A DNA stretch of 64,000 nt from a virus (IMGVR_UViG_3300043449_001732:1-64000), one strand, 5' to 3'; shown: positions 46,552 through 56,778, numbered from the stretch's first letter. Made by a program: numbers and translations. The notes: a model not told the origin generated them from the sequence alone.

Positions 46552-47616
46552 TTAGGCATCCTCGTGGTAATCAGGGACATCATTGACTTCACAAGGATGC
46601 GCAATAGAAGGTTTGTAATCACGTTCAATTAACTCCTGGGTTTTTTTCAGGCGTATCGCACTGCTTGCCGCCATTAGTTTTTGTGCATCAAAGTGTGTGT
46701 CAAAAGGTTCCAGGCGTTTTGGTGGCAGCCCGCGATTCCAACGAGAGAACATATGAAGGGGGTTGCCGCACCAAGGGTTACCGCACAGTCTGGTCACTGA
46801 CAAGAAGCCGACATCTCCCCATGCACACTGGTAGAGGAGCTTATGGAAGTTAACGTTCTCAGAAGTCTGGTCACTGTAAAACGCCCTGTAGGAAGGGAAG
46901 CACACACGGCGGGGACTGACTTTCCCTGGGGCATTAATCTGCCAGCACTCGTCTGGATGGCCGATCTCAACTTTCTCCCACAACCGAAAGTACTTGTACT
47001 TATACCGTTCGTTTAAAAAGTTAATGTCAAAGCCACATACGTTGGATTGAATTTTGATTGCACAGTGGTAGCACCAATGCTCTTGACTGTTTCTGATGGT
47101 ATGCCCATGGGCACATGGATACCCCTTGTAGTAACCAAGTGTTTTTAACTCTTCTTCTGATAGGGAGTCAATGCCCTTGACGTAAGTAAAGAGTCCAGAC
47201 GCAGGTGGCTCGACGGAAGCGCCTATCAACTCGGGATCAATCATGGGCTCTAGCTCGACAATAGTAGTGTTTTTTGATTTCAGTAGGCATGACTTGAGTC
47301 CTAGGCGGTTGTCCTTGTCCTCATTGGCTGTCGTATGGACAACGGCATGCTCATCAGGGCATAGACCGGTACGTAGATAGTAGACGATCCGGTGAGCCTG
47401 GTACTCCTGCCCGTCAATACAGACAATGTAGTGACCGGTTTTCTTGTGGATGCGCCCCGCTGGATCCCCCTGGTTGTAGCCAGCTTTGTCAACGAGCCAT
47501 TCAAGGCCACTAGGGTACCGGACGGAAAGCTTGTACAGGCTTTCCAGGTACTGGATGGGGGGCATTTCCTTGTAGTTGCGTGGCATGGGTGGGATGCGTA
47601 CTCCGGAATCATACAC
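46552..47616 (-). CDS. double HNH-like/zinc-finger protein
   Basis: AHRIVYY...DNR; C.HGH..C..C; DECW...HK....LCGN..C.NP.H. Confidence 0.7.
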   Translation of the reverse strand: MYDSGVRIPPMPRNYKEMPPIQYLESLYKLSVRYPSGLEWLVDKAGYNQGDPAGRIHKKTGHYIVCIDGQEYQAHRIVYYLRTGLCPDEHAVVHTTANEDKDNRLGLKSCLLKSKNTTIVELEPMIDPELIGASVEPPASGLFTYVKGIDSLSEEELKTLGYYKGYPCAHGHTIRNSQEHWCYHCAIKIQSNVCGFDINFLNERYKYKYFRLWEKVEIGHPDECWQINAPGKVSPRRVCFPSYRAFYSDQTSENVNFHKLLYQCAWGDVGFLSVTRLCGNPWCGNPLHMFSRWNRGLPPKRLEPFDTHFDAQKLMAASSAIRLKKTQELIERDYKPSIAHPCEVNDVPDYHEDA

Positions 47617-47640
47617 GAGAAATGGTCCAAAATCCAGGGC

Positions 47641-47953
47641 TGCAAAAATCTTCAGAATAAGGTTAAATTCTTTTTGGTATAGGGAAAAATGACACTTTTG
47701 CCATCTTATACGGAATCACTGGCTGCTTCTTTGTGCATCTGTCTTATTTGTATCTCACCATAAGACGTTCCGTATAAAAAGCAAAAAGTGTCATTAATCT
47801 CTACATCAAAAAGAAAACAACCTTATCCTGAATTTCTCTGCAAGTCTTAGTCGTCTCAGCCATGTCTTACTTGAGACGTTCCGTATAAAAGCGCAAAAGT
47901 GTCATTTTTCCCTACATCAAAAAGAAAGCGACCTTATCCTGAATTTTTCTGCA
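47641..47953. repeat. three ~75-bp repeats (one inverted), candidate replication origin
   Basis: 47641-47715 (inverted), 47768-47842 and 47879-47953 share TTCCGTATAA, AAAAGTGTCATT, CAAAAAGAA, ACCTTAT.CTGAA, TGCA. Confidence 0.8.
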
Positions 47954-48001
47954 CGTACAAATACTCTCTCCTGGGTCTCAACATGAGACATGGTTGCCAG
48001 T

Positions 48002-48028
48002 AAAAAGCCCCCGCCGAAGCGAGGGCCT
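48002..48028 (-). terminator. intrinsic terminator
   Basis: GC stem with cTTCGg loop and T5 after the glycosyltransferase. Confidence 0.7.
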
Positions 48029-48041
48029 GATTCCACCCTGG

Positions 48042-49325
48042 TCAGGCTACTGCGCCTACCAGTCGCTTCTTGCGTTTTTCTTTTTTCTTCTCCTTCTTGC
48101 TTACCGGTTCTTCCGCCTGAGTCGAGTGCGCATCCCCATAGGCGCCCTCTAGGACCTCCTGGAACAGCCCTGCAAACTGAGGTGCGATGTTGTCCCAGTC
48201 GTAGCAGGGAGAGGTGGCACGCTCGTAGCAGAGGCGTGCAGTCTCATCAAGCTTCTCATGGTTCTCATATAGATCCGTCAAGATTTCGGCAAGGTGATCT
48301 GAGGACGGGCAGGGCATTTCCCGTGCGTAGTTCGTATCCACATCTACGTGATCACAACGGATCAGGCGACCAGCACCCTCAAAGATCTCCTTAGTACTGG
48401 TGTGGTCAGGCACCACCTGGGCAACACGGCAACCCGCATGCTCATGGTTGACCAACCCGTGGCCCTCACCCTTGCAAGTGTTGACGCCGACATCAGCCGC
48501 GTTATAGATCGCATTCAGGAAGTCCACCTCCACGTTCGGAGGTCCTTCTGTTTGCGCAGTAAGGATGATGCGTCCGTTGGGGTCTAGCCCTTCGCGATTC
48601 ATTGCCCTGGCAAACAACGGCATCAAGTCCCAACCTTGATCTTTGAGTCCCATGTGTAAATACAGTTGCGTATCCGGTTTGTCTTTCGCAAACTTGGCAA
48701 AAGCCTCAACCGTAATGTCGATGCGTTTACGGAACTGGTTGCGGTTGCCGTTGAACACCACAAAGATGTCATCCGACAGACCAAGCCGCTTACGAGCCTC
48801 GCTCTTATCCATGGGATAGAACTGACCCTTGGTGATACCGTGAGGAATCACAGCGATGGGCTTCTGGTAGCCAGCAGCCACCACCTCTTTTGCACCAAAT
48901 TCCGTATAGCAGATGGACGCATCCCACTCATTCATGGTGTCAAGGATGCACCCAGTCCAGCCGTAGCTGTCCATGGGGTAGTAGCCAATGAACTTGAAGG
49001 CACCAGTCTTATGGATGTCCTGGATCTGACGATACAACTCATTCAGAATCCACAGATCATTCATTATGAAAATGAGATCTGGCTTCTCTTTCTCCACAAT
49101 TTCTCGAATGCGCTGCTCACCAAAGGGTGCGGTCTGGTAGCGGTTGGACGAGGGATAAATGAGGTACTTATCACAGAGTGGATGCGGGTCTCCAAACCAG
49201 TTATTACCGAGCACTACAACTTCATACTCTTCACAGATGCGCTCAAGCACATTTTCCGTGACACGAGCAAACCCGGTCTTGGCAATGATGTCACCGGACC
49301 AGAGCAATTTAGGTTTTTTGGCCAT
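48042..49325 (-). CDS. GT-B (family 4-like) glycosyltransferase
   Basis: TGFARV, NRNQ.RKRID, YNAADV......EG.GL...E. Confidence 0.9.
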   Translation of the reverse strand: MAKKPKLLWSGDIIAKTGFARVTENVLERICEEYEVVVLGNNWFGDPHPLCDKYLIYPSSNRYQTAPFGEQRIREIVEKEKPDLIFIMNDLWILNELYRQIQDIHKTGAFKFIGYYPMDSYGWTGCILDTMNEWDASICYTEFGAKEVVAAGYQKPIAVIPHGITKGQFYPMDKSEARKRLGLSDDIFVVFNGNRNQFRKRIDITVEAFAKFAKDKPDTQLYLHMGLKDQGWDLMPLFARAMNREGLDPNGRIILTAQTEGPPNVEVDFLNAIYNAADVGVNTCKGEGHGLVNHEHAGCRVAQVVPDHTSTKEIFEGAGRLIRCDHVDVDTNYAREMPCPSSDHLAEILTDLYENHEKLDETARLCYERATSPCYDWDNIAPQFAGLFQEVLEGAYGDAHSTQAEEPVSKKEKKKEKRKKRLVGAVA

Positions 49326-49348
49326 TTAATAGAGAACGTCTTGATCAA

Positions 49349-49708
49349 CTATACAGAAACACAAGGAGTTGTTGATCGTACTAATTCTTTTTGTTCGGCT
49401 ATTTCTGCTTTGAGTTTTGTTTTTAAAAACTCAGCTGCCTTATGTGTTTGCGTGGTATCCCCACAGGTGTATAAATCGATGGCACAATAACCAATCTGAG
49501 GCCAGGTATGGATAGACGCATGGGACTCAGACAGTAATGCAAGTAGTGTGACGCCTTGCGGTTCAAATTTTTTTCCTACAATCCGCAGGATATTGGCTTT
49601 TGCTAGAACTAAAGAAGCCTCAAGCAACCGTTGAAGCTCCTCATAGTTATCTAACAACTCTGGGTCACACCCATAGAGATCTAAAATTAAATGCCGACCG
49701 TCACTCAA
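49349..49708 (-). CDS. speD: S-adenosylmethionine decarboxylase proenzyme family
   Basis: GRHLI.DLY.C, F.PQGVT, L.ESH.SIHTWP, D.YTCG. Confidence 0.9.
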   Translation of the reverse strand: MSDGRHLILDLYGCDPELLDNYEELQRLLEASLVLAKANILRIVGKKFEPQGVTLLALLSESHASIHTWPQIGYCAIDLYTCGDTTQTHKAAEFLKTKLKAEIAEQKELVRSTTPCVSV

Positions 49709-52341
49709 AGCTCTGCCTCTGCAGATTCCATTGTCGCATCAGTCTTCTTATCTATGACATCTCCATAGTGAATACGCCATTCTTTTTTGTTCATGCCCAC
49801 TTCAATAATGGACGGGAACTTTGCGTACTTTTGGTCTGATGCCCTGCAGGCAACGTTGACTACACGCATGCCACGTGGATTCTTGAACTTGTAGACGTTC
49901 AAGCCAAGCTGGTGGATACACACGTCCATCAACAAGGTTTCAAAACGGCTACGCCCAAGGATGTTGCTGTTGGATGCACGTGCAAATTCACAGTAACTGG
50001 CATATAACCACGTATCCCAAGACACGTACACGTTTGAAGAACCAGCAGAAGAAGGCTTAGCCAGACCAATAGGAGTAGACACCCCTGGGTCAAATACCAC
50101 ACAATGATCAAGCCAATCCATGATCTGGTTGGACTTAAGGATTTGTTCACGGTGATGCTTAGCAAAGAAGCCAACTTTCTCATTGGTCTCCATCAGATAC
50201 TCACGCATCTCAGCCTCACTCATATCCAAGACCCAGTTGACAAGCCCTGGGAGCAAGGACGCAAATTCACCAAAGGGACGACCACGGTCATCCATATCAA
50301 TCAACGTGCGCTGCTCAGCAGAGTTACCAGTGAACGGTTTGTCGAAAGGAATAGTGAGGCGACGACGTGCAAGACCTGAGGTTGGGTCAGTCGTCTGGAT
50401 GGGTTCGTTAGCCGTGATCATGACAAGGCCATTGAACTTAAACGGCTTCTGGGACCCCGTCTGAAACTTATGTTCGTTACGGATCAAGTCCCGACCGGTA
50501 ATAGCTTTTAACACAGAGACCGAACCGCCATAGCGTTCAACGTCGTTGAAGAGCAATAATTTTTTCTTATATAGGTTGGCGGTTTCAAATCGGTTTTTCT
50601 CAAGGTGCTCAAGGGATGAGATCATTGCGTTGTCATCCCCAACCAAGGCATGTGCCAGGTTCGAGTACGTTGACTTACCAGATTTACCAGGCCCAACAAT
50701 TTCAACAAACTTCTGAATATCAGAGTGACTTAAAAGGACGGCACGCAACCAAGCCCTCAGCACCTGGACGCGACCCCAGTTATCATCTTGTGTGTTCTTC
50801 AGCCACTTGACAATAGGCTCACAAGTTGCCCCTGGGTCATAGTCATAGGGCAGTTGTTGCGTGATGTGCATGCTCCTGTTGAAAGGCAGCAGTTCACGCG
50901 TGTTGACGTTAAGAATACCGTTGGTAAACAGTAGGTGGTCGTTGCCTTCATACCAGTCATCAAAGATGAGGCTGATGCGTAGCTGCTCGTATACATCGTT
51001 GACCAGCGTCATGCTGTAGCCATTCTTAAGGAAGCCCTCCTTGATCAGGTCGAGCTGAGACTTGATCTCACTCTTCATCTCAGTCTCAGACAGACGAGAC
51101 CACAAGCCTTTTGACCTGTGGTGCTCATAGATGAAGAATGCGTTGTGGGCTTGACTAAACTGCAGCCTTCCTCTATAAACCTGCAGGAGTACGTCAGCGA
51201 CTGCGTCAGATGAAGGTCCTCTTGTTTGTTGTTCTTTTCCTTGCCCCCGTCCCTGCCTTTTCAAAGACTTACGATTCCCCTGAGGAAGCTGCACAGTATC
51301 TTCAAGAGATAACTCAGTCTCAATGGTCGGCATCAGTTCAGCCTCAATTTCTTCCAGTTGTTTGGACATGTGCTCAAGTGTCGCATCATCAACACTCATC
51401 GCACGATGGTTCTGGGACATCTCCCAGCCATGCTCACGGGCAATGTGAATAAGGGAACCTAGCCCACGGCCACCGCCTTTACTAAAGGACAACCAACGGC
51501 GGTGGCACTCGCCATCTCGATACTTATCTGATTGCTTGGACCACTCATCCCATTGATCCAGCAACGATTCATCCAGTGAGTGAAGCGATTGTCCAATCGT
51601 GATCCAGATGTCGTAATCGTCACAGGCCTCTGGTGGCAGTGCCCACATTGCTTCTGTTGCTAGCTGCATATCCCGCTCTAGCGAGATCTCTGTGTTCACA
51701 GCAAATGTGGGACCAATTACCCTGGAGATCTCCTTTGCTGGGACACCCTGCTTGACATTTTTGTTAATGATTGCATTCATTAACCAATCAGGGAACTCAG
51801 GCAGGGCGTCAATCCACTCAAACCCCTGGTTAACGCCTGTATAGTAACCTTCGGTCTCAGGGTGAGTGCCCATGAGAACACCCTGGTGCTTACGCCACAA
51901 GATCTCAAGCTTTTCTTTATTTTTTTCTGCGTGCCAAGTGTACTTGTTCCTTACGAAATGCTTATGTTTTTCCCGGTCTACACGATAAAGTTTCCGTTCA
52001 CGCCCTTCTTTACCACTACAAATGGTCAGCGTATCTGGCAGAGCAGTCGCGAAGGTTTGGTCTGACAGTTCTTCGATAAGGTTGTAGACGCTCGGTCCAT
52101 CAACATCAACCCACACCAAACCATAAGGAAGGTTGTAGACAGGACCGCTGAGAAGACCGATGGCCTTACATGATCCCGTGATGATCTCCTCCTCGATCTC
52201 ACAAATACCAAATGGTTTGTTCTGCCAACTCGAGACGTACGGGTCTTTGTTTGCGCCCAACGGCGTGAGCGGCCAATCTTTAGGGATGTAGTCAAGACGT
52301 ACTTCACCGGGTTTTAGGGTTTGTTGTTGCTTGCTTGTCAT
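49705..52341 (-). CDS. primase-helicase (bifunctional prim-pol, PriCT-2, D5-like SF3 helicase)
   Basis: DVD; DY..WI.IG..L..W..WS; GPGKSGKST; MITAN; LARR. Confidence 0.92.
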   Translation of the reverse strand: MTSKQQQTLKPGEVRLDYIPKDWPLTPLGANKDPYVSSWQNKPFGICEIEEEIITGSCKAIGLLSGPVYNLPYGLVWVDVDGPSVYNLIEELSDQTFATALPDTLTICSGKEGRERKLYRVDREKHKHFVRNKYTWHAEKNKEKLEILWRKHQGVLMGTHPETEGYYTGVNQGFEWIDALPEFPDWLMNAIINKNVKQGVPAKEISRVIGPTFAVNTEISLERDMQLATEAMWALPPEACDDYDIWITIGQSLHSLDESLLDQWDEWSKQSDKYRDGECHRRWLSFSKGGGRGLGSLIHIAREHGWEMSQNHRAMSVDDATLEHMSKQLEEIEAELMPTIETELSLEDTVQLPQGNRKSLKRQGRGQGKEQQTRGPSSDAVADVLLQVYRGRLQFSQAHNAFFIYEHHRSKGLWSRLSETEMKSEIKSQLDLIKEGFLKNGYSMTLVNDVYEQLRISLIFDDWYEGNDHLLFTNGILNVNTRELLPFNRSMHITQQLPYDYDPGATCEPIVKWLKNTQDDNWGRVQVLRAWLRAVLLSHSDIQKFVEIVGPGKSGKSTYSNLAHALVGDDNAMISSLEHLEKNRFETANLYKKKLLLFNDVERYGGSVSVLKAITGRDLIRNEHKFQTGSQKPFKFNGLVMITANEPIQTTDPTSGLARRRLTIPFDKPFTGNSAEQRTLIDMDDRGRPFGEFASLLPGLVNWVLDMSEAEMREYLMETNEKVGFFAKHHREQILKSNQIMDWLDHCVVFDPGVSTPIGLAKPSSAGSSNVYVSWDTWLYASYCEFARASNSNILGRSRFETLLMDVCIHQLGLNVYKFKNPRGMRVVNVACRASDQKYAKFPSIIEVGMNKKEWRIHYGDVIDKKTDATMESAEAEL

Positions 52342-52526
52342 GCTTCTGTTTGCTGCTTGATCTCCACTTTAAAGTCCCGCTCAGGGAATACCGTATCCTT
52401 AACCAATATATATGCATGAAAATGCATGTCGGTAGGCAGACAAAAACAATCCCCATCCGCCGCATTCATCATGAGGCTCTGGAGCGTATTCATCCACTCA
52501 CCAACGGAAATAACATGGATTTCCAT
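52338..52526 (-). CDS. hypothetical protein
   Basis: ATGA-coupled to the primase. Confidence 0.6.
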   Translation of the reverse strand: MEIHVISVGEWMNTLQSLMMNAADGDCFCLPTDMHFHAYILVKDTVFPERDFKVEIKQQTEA

Positions 52527-52600
52527 CGGGGGGTTGGGTTGTGTGTTTTCTTATCCTAGGCTGCCCAATCCGAGGGGACCATCAAAATTTTGTTAAATCA

Positions 52601-52783
52601 CTAAGTCTTATTGGACTCATACGAAAAATTCCACGGATTTTTTTCATCGACTTCATCCCACTCGTCCATCAGTCTGTTGTAAACATCTACAGGATCCTGC
52701 CTAGTCTTAATGCAAGACGAAGTTGCGACAGACCAGGCAATACGCTTGCGTCTCTCCATGGGATCATCAGTATTCCAGGGCAT
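52601..52783 (-). CDS. hypothetical protein
   Basis: 60-aa ORF. Confidence 0.55.
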   Translation of the reverse strand: MPWNTDDPMERRKRIAWSVATSSCIKTRQDPVDVYNRLMDEWDEVDEKNPWNFSYESNKT

Positions 52784-52832
52784 AACACTGCTGCTTATGT
52801 GTTAATATCATACACAGCTAGCTGTTGTATTT

Positions 52833-53549
52833 GTGTATCATTACACTTATATGAGTATTGATTCCACCGATGGCCGCATGTATATTGGCAGTCGAACATC
52901 GAAAAACAAACCCGAAGAAGACGTTAATTATTTTGGAAGTTTTTGCGACAAAACTTTTAAACCAGATACGAAGAAAATTTTAAAAATATTTAAAACTCGT
53001 GCAGAAGCTTTTAAGCATGAAGCATATTTGCATTTTGTATTAGATGTTGCTGTAAATCCAATATTTGCAAATAGGTCAAGAGTGACCACTACAGGTTTTA
53101 CATGGCTTGGACAAAAACATTCTCCTGAAACAATTGAAAAAATTCGACAAACAACAAAAGAAAATATGACACCAGAACGAAAAGAAAAACTTAAGGAAGC
53201 AAGCAAAAATAAAAAACTAAGCAAAGAACATATTGAAAAACTTCGTCAATCAAACTTAGGCTTAAAACGAAGTTTTGAAACATGTGAAAAAATTAGATCA
53301 AAAGCACTTGGCAGACAAGTATCCAGTGCAGCACGCAAAAAAATCAGCGTAAGCAACAAAGGCAAGTGGATCAATAGAAAAGATCAAAGCAAACCAATAA
53401 CATTAAAAAATAAAAATACCGGACAAGTTTTATGTTTTGTTTCACAAAAAGAAGCTGTTCGTTCTCTTGGTTTACATCAAGCAGCATTGAACAGAGTGGC
53501 AACAGGCAAGCAGCACTCCACTAATGGATGGATTCTTTTTGTAAATTAA
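52833..53549 (+). CDS. GIY-YIG homing endonuclease with NUMOD3 repeats
   Basis: YTY..MYIG.R..YFGS; HS.ET.EKIR repeats; AT-rich; opposite strand to neighbours. Confidence 0.88.
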   Translation: MYHYTYMSIDSTDGRMYIGSRTSKNKPEEDVNYFGSFCDKTFKPDTKKILKIFKTRAEAFKHEAYLHFVLDVAVNPIFANRSRVTTTGFTWLGQKHSPETIEKIRQTTKENMTPERKEKLKEASKNKKLSKEHIEKLRQSNLGLKRSFETCEKIRSKALGRQVSSAARKKISVSNKGKWINRKDQSKPITLKNKNTGQVLCFVSQKEAVRSLGLHQAALNRVATGKQHSTNGWILFVN

Positions 53550-54400
53550 ATTAAGTCTGCATCATAAACTCCACAGCGTTCTATTTGCGAGTAATATTCG
53601 GAAACCAACTTTAACCAATCAGTTTCAAGAGAGTCTAAAAATTTCCTGGAAATTTTAAATACTTGAGTTCTAATAGGAGTAGAAACAATAATGGCACCTT
53701 GTTGCACACGCATTCCCAAGCTTTGTTCAATTGCAATTGAATACGCACAAATTTGTTTACATGCTTTTTTAAACTTGAGGTGTCCCCCAAGCAAGTCCCT
53801 CCATTCAGGAGAACCTTTTTCCAAGTCTTTTGGCCACTTGCGGCTGTAAGGTTTGACACTGGTCTTAAGGTCGGCAAGCGTCAGCTTGTTCCCTACAACA
53901 CCGATAATGTCAGGTGAACCAACCCATGCTCGTCCCTCCTCATCATGCGCCCATACCCTACCAACACCATCGTCTGACAATGCAAACTGATGCTTGTCTA
54001 GTAAAGGAGTTTCAGCCCACAGTACCTCGTCAAACTGATCAAGAATCCCTGGCATACCCGACCAAAAATCTTGGTAGTCAGGCGGGATTTTAGGGTTTTT
54101 ATCCCCTTTCAGGTAGCACTCCATGCCATAGTGGATAGCTGTACCACGTTCGGCAGCAGCTTCTTTTACACCTGGATTGTTCTTACTCCACATCTCCAGC
54201 TTCCGTTTGTTTGCTTCGGAGGCTGTTTCACTAAGAATAGTTGTTACACTGGGCGCCGGCCCTGTTACAAACGGTGTATGGTAGTGTCGCTTTCCGTTAA
54301 TTGTAATACGGGCGGGGCGGCTGTTCAGCTCCCGCATCAACTCTGGTTGCTCTTGATATTTCAGCGACCATGGATCGCTTGTTTCAATTCTAGCAACCAT
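53546..54400 (-). CDS. PD-(D/E)XK exonuclease
   Basis: PSVTTIL, RGT.IH, G..D, DLKTS, Q..AY. Confidence 0.88.
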   Translation of the reverse strand: MVARIETSDPWSLKYQEQPELMRELNSRPARITINGKRHYHTPFVTGPAPSVTTILSETASEANKRKLEMWSKNNPGVKEAAAERGTAIHYGMECYLKGDKNPKIPPDYQDFWSGMPGILDQFDEVLWAETPLLDKHQFALSDDGVGRVWAHDEEGRAWVGSPDIIGVVGNKLTLADLKTSVKPYSRKWPKDLEKGSPEWRDLLGGHLKFKKACKQICAYSIAIEQSLGMRVQQGAIIVSTPIRTQVFKISRKFLDSLETDWLKLVSEYYSQIERCGVYDADLI

Positions 54401-54553
54401 TGAAGGTTTTGTATATTGCTGTTATCCTAACGTATATGCCTAGCAATTGACAATGGAAAACCAAAGGCGAACAATTATGTGGCTGATTGCCGCTATTGTT
54501 CTTGTCGTAGGGCTTGACGCCTACCTGTTTGCTGCCGAAGTTTTTAAAAACCA

Positions 54554-54793
54554 ATGAACAAAGCAGTGCTTTGGATCCAAGGTTGGTACAACTGCCTGTC
54601 CTGGATCATCCAAGAAATTGTCAGCCGCTACTGCCCAGACCTCAATATCGCAACCTTGCCGACCCACCCTGAGGATTACCTCTGGTACGCCGAGCGTTTT
54701 AATGGTCGCGCCGCCATGCTTGCCGTAATTTTTATCCTGCAATGGGAGTTTGTAACCCACAAATCCATTTGGGAGTTTGTAGGTGTCTATTAA
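54554..54793 (+). CDS. hli: high-light-inducible protein
   Basis: AERFNGRAAML chlorophyll-binding helix motif. Confidence 0.85.
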   Translation: MNKAVLWIQGWYNCLSWIIQEIVSRYCPDLNIATLPTHPEDYLWYAERFNGRAAMLAVIFILQWEFVTHKSIWEFVGVY

Positions 54794-54940
54794 TCTCACC
54801 AGGTTTTATTACGACGTTGACGACGAAGAGCGCACTGGGCTTTTGAATCAATGCGCGGTTGACGACGTTGAAACAATTGAGGCCGATGCGTTTGAATTGG
54901 AGTTACAATCCAAGAATATTGAATACATCCGAGTCGACCT

Positions 54941-55537
54941 GTGACGCAAGCAACTGACTGGAACACGTATTTTTCCACGATCAAACCTAGGCTTGGCGCT
55001 CGGGCTGACGGATTCCAAAAAATTTTCCAACACCTAAATGGGGTCCAAAACCCCATCATTATTGAGACGGGTACGTACCGAGAGGAAGACAACTACACAG
55101 GCGACGGTTGCTCCACTCTCCTTTTTGACGAATACGTTAGTGCCCATGGTGGCCAGCTGATTTCTGTTGACATTGACCCGAATGCTTGCGAGCTAGCCAG
55201 TTCAAGTACCAGCAGCAACACTGAGGTTATTGAGTCGGACTCTGTTGAATTTCTTGGCACCCTGGAGGGGCGCTGCGATCTGTTGTACCTAGACTCGTAC
55301 AACATCACCGATTGGAACAATGATTGGGCACCGGCTGCTCACCACCTCAAAGAGTTGTTTGCCGCCAAGAACATCATCAATCCTGGCACTTTAATCATTG
55401 TTGATGACAACAGAAAATCTTCACAAGGCAAACGGTTGGGTAAAGGACGTTTGATTTACGAACTTATGGAATCCCTTGGCATCCCTAGTTTTATTGATGA
55501 CTATCAAGTGGGTTGGATCTGGGAAGAATTACAGTAA
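54941..55537 (+). CDS. class I SAM-dependent methyltransferase (Methyltransf_24-like)
   Basis: IIETG, SVDID, DSVEFL, DLLYLDS, G.LI.VDD. Confidence 0.85.
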   Translation: MTQATDWNTYFSTIKPRLGARADGFQKIFQHLNGVQNPIIIETGTYREEDNYTGDGCSTLLFDEYVSAHGGQLISVDIDPNACELASSSTSSNTEVIESDSVEFLGTLEGRCDLLYLDSYNITDWNNDWAPAAHHLKELFAAKNIINPGTLIIVDDNRKSSQGKRLGKGRLIYELMESLGIPSFIDDYQVGWIWEELQ

Positions 55538-55609
55538 TCCCTACCATTTTTCTTAACTTATCCACTAGATATGTTAAGAAAAACATGACATACTTAACAT
55601 ATTAGTTAT

Positions 55610-55870
55610 GTGGATAGAATGCCAGAAGTAATTCTTTTACCACGAAACCCCAAAGGTTCTGAAATGACTCTTTCCAACCAGGTCAAACAATCCATTGATG
55701 ATGCCACGGCAAATCTGCGTGAAGCCCTTGCGTTTGCTGCCCGTACCGAGCATCCTGTAACGATCAGCACACTGACCGACATCCTGGTACGCCTAGAGTC
55801 CCTTGAGTCCATCGAGGAAATCATGCACAAGTTTGGTAAACAGCACGACATCCCCACCAACTTTGGCTAA
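55610..55870 (+). CDS. hypothetical protein (LREALAFAAR.E.P)
   Basis: start probably MTLSNQV. Confidence 0.65.
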   Translation: MDRMPEVILLPRNPKGSEMTLSNQVKQSIDDATANLREALAFAARTEHPVTISTLTDILVRLESLESIEEIMHKFGKQHDIPTNFG

Positions 55871-56016
55871 GTATCAACTTCCAACGGAGGCTGAACGCCT
55901 TCAAAATTATTTTTGGGAACTCGAATCAAAGATCCCAAATCCTGGTAAGGACTGGGCACGGTCTGCCAAGGAATGTAAGTGGCTTAAAATATTAAAAGAA
56001 AGAGAACTAAAGTCGA

Positions 56017-56301
56017 GTGGCGCAGGACAATAGCAGATATACAAAACCGGAATTACGTGAGCGCATCAAAGATCGCATCATGGAAAGTTCCAAGGGAGGC
56101 AAGCCAGGCCAATGGAGCGCAAGACGCTCACAACTATTGGCCCAAGAATACGAAAGAGCCGGTGGTGGATATAAAGGTGGCAAGAGTGAAAAACAAAAAG
56201 CTTTAAGTAAGTGGACTGACGAAAAATGGTCCACAAAAGACGAGTACGAGAAACGTTCTAAAGCTAAAGCTGCGGCCAAGAGGTATAAAGATGGCGGCTG
56301 A
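56017..56301 (+). CDS. DUF5872-like protein, N-terminal half
   Basis: YTKPELRERIK..GGKPGQWSAR..Q.LA..YE..GGGY. Confidence 0.75.
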   Translation: MAQDNSRYTKPELRERIKDRIMESSKGGKPGQWSARRSQLLAQEYERAGGGYKGGKSEKQKALSKWTDEKWSTKDEYEKRSKAKAAAKRYKDGG

Positions 56302-56500
56302 TAAAGCAATTCAACCTGGCTACACCAAGCGTTACTTGCCGGAAAAAGCATGGGCCTCTTTATCCAAGGAGGAAAGAGAGGAGACTGACCGCAAGAAACG
56401 CGCTGCCAGTAAGGAAGGAAAACAATTTGTACCTAACACAGAGACAGCAAAAAAAGCTGGCAAAGCAGCCCGTGCATCCAAACGTTACAAAGATAAATAA
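56291..56500 (+). CDS. DUF5872-like protein, C-terminal half
   Basis: RYLP.KAW..LS..E...T.RKKR...GKQFV.N. Confidence 0.7.
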   Translation: MAADKAIQPGYTKRYLPEKAWASLSKEEREETDRKKRAASKEGKQFVPNTETAKKAGKAARASKRYKDK

Positions 56501-56533
56501 CTCGCGTATACTTAATAAAGATTCCTGATTAGC

Positions 56534-56704
56534 ATGGAAAAGAAAAAGGCTATTCCCCCCAAAAAAGCTGTGCCGCCCGCAAAAGGCAAGGCTGCTCCCC
56601 CTGTTAAAGGCAAAGGTGGTGCATCTGCCAAGCAAACTGAAGCCCGCGACAAGTTTAAAGAAATGATTGCGAAGAAAAAAGAGGCTGCTGCCAAAAAGAA
56701 ATAA
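56534..56704 (+). CDS. 56-aa Lys/Ala/Pro-rich histone-like peptide
   Basis: MEKKKAIPPKKAVPPAKGK...; followed by a terminator; not in the ORF track on this strand. Confidence 0.65.
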   Translation: MEKKKAIPPKKAVPPAKGKAAPPVKGKGGASAKQTEARDKFKEMIAKKKEAAAKKK

Positions 56705-56778
56705 GGTATCGCGCTATACTTTCAGTGCTCAATACACACGTCTCGTCCCGTAGGTATTGGCGGTAAGTAATTAGTTTT

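Noticed and set aside
48666-49490. 274-aa plus-strand ORF
   Set aside because: Antisense shadow of the glycosyltransferase and speD
53546-54400. Cas4 / CRISPR association
   Set aside because: Lacks the four-Cys Fe-S pattern; ordinary phage PD-(D/E)XK exonuclease context
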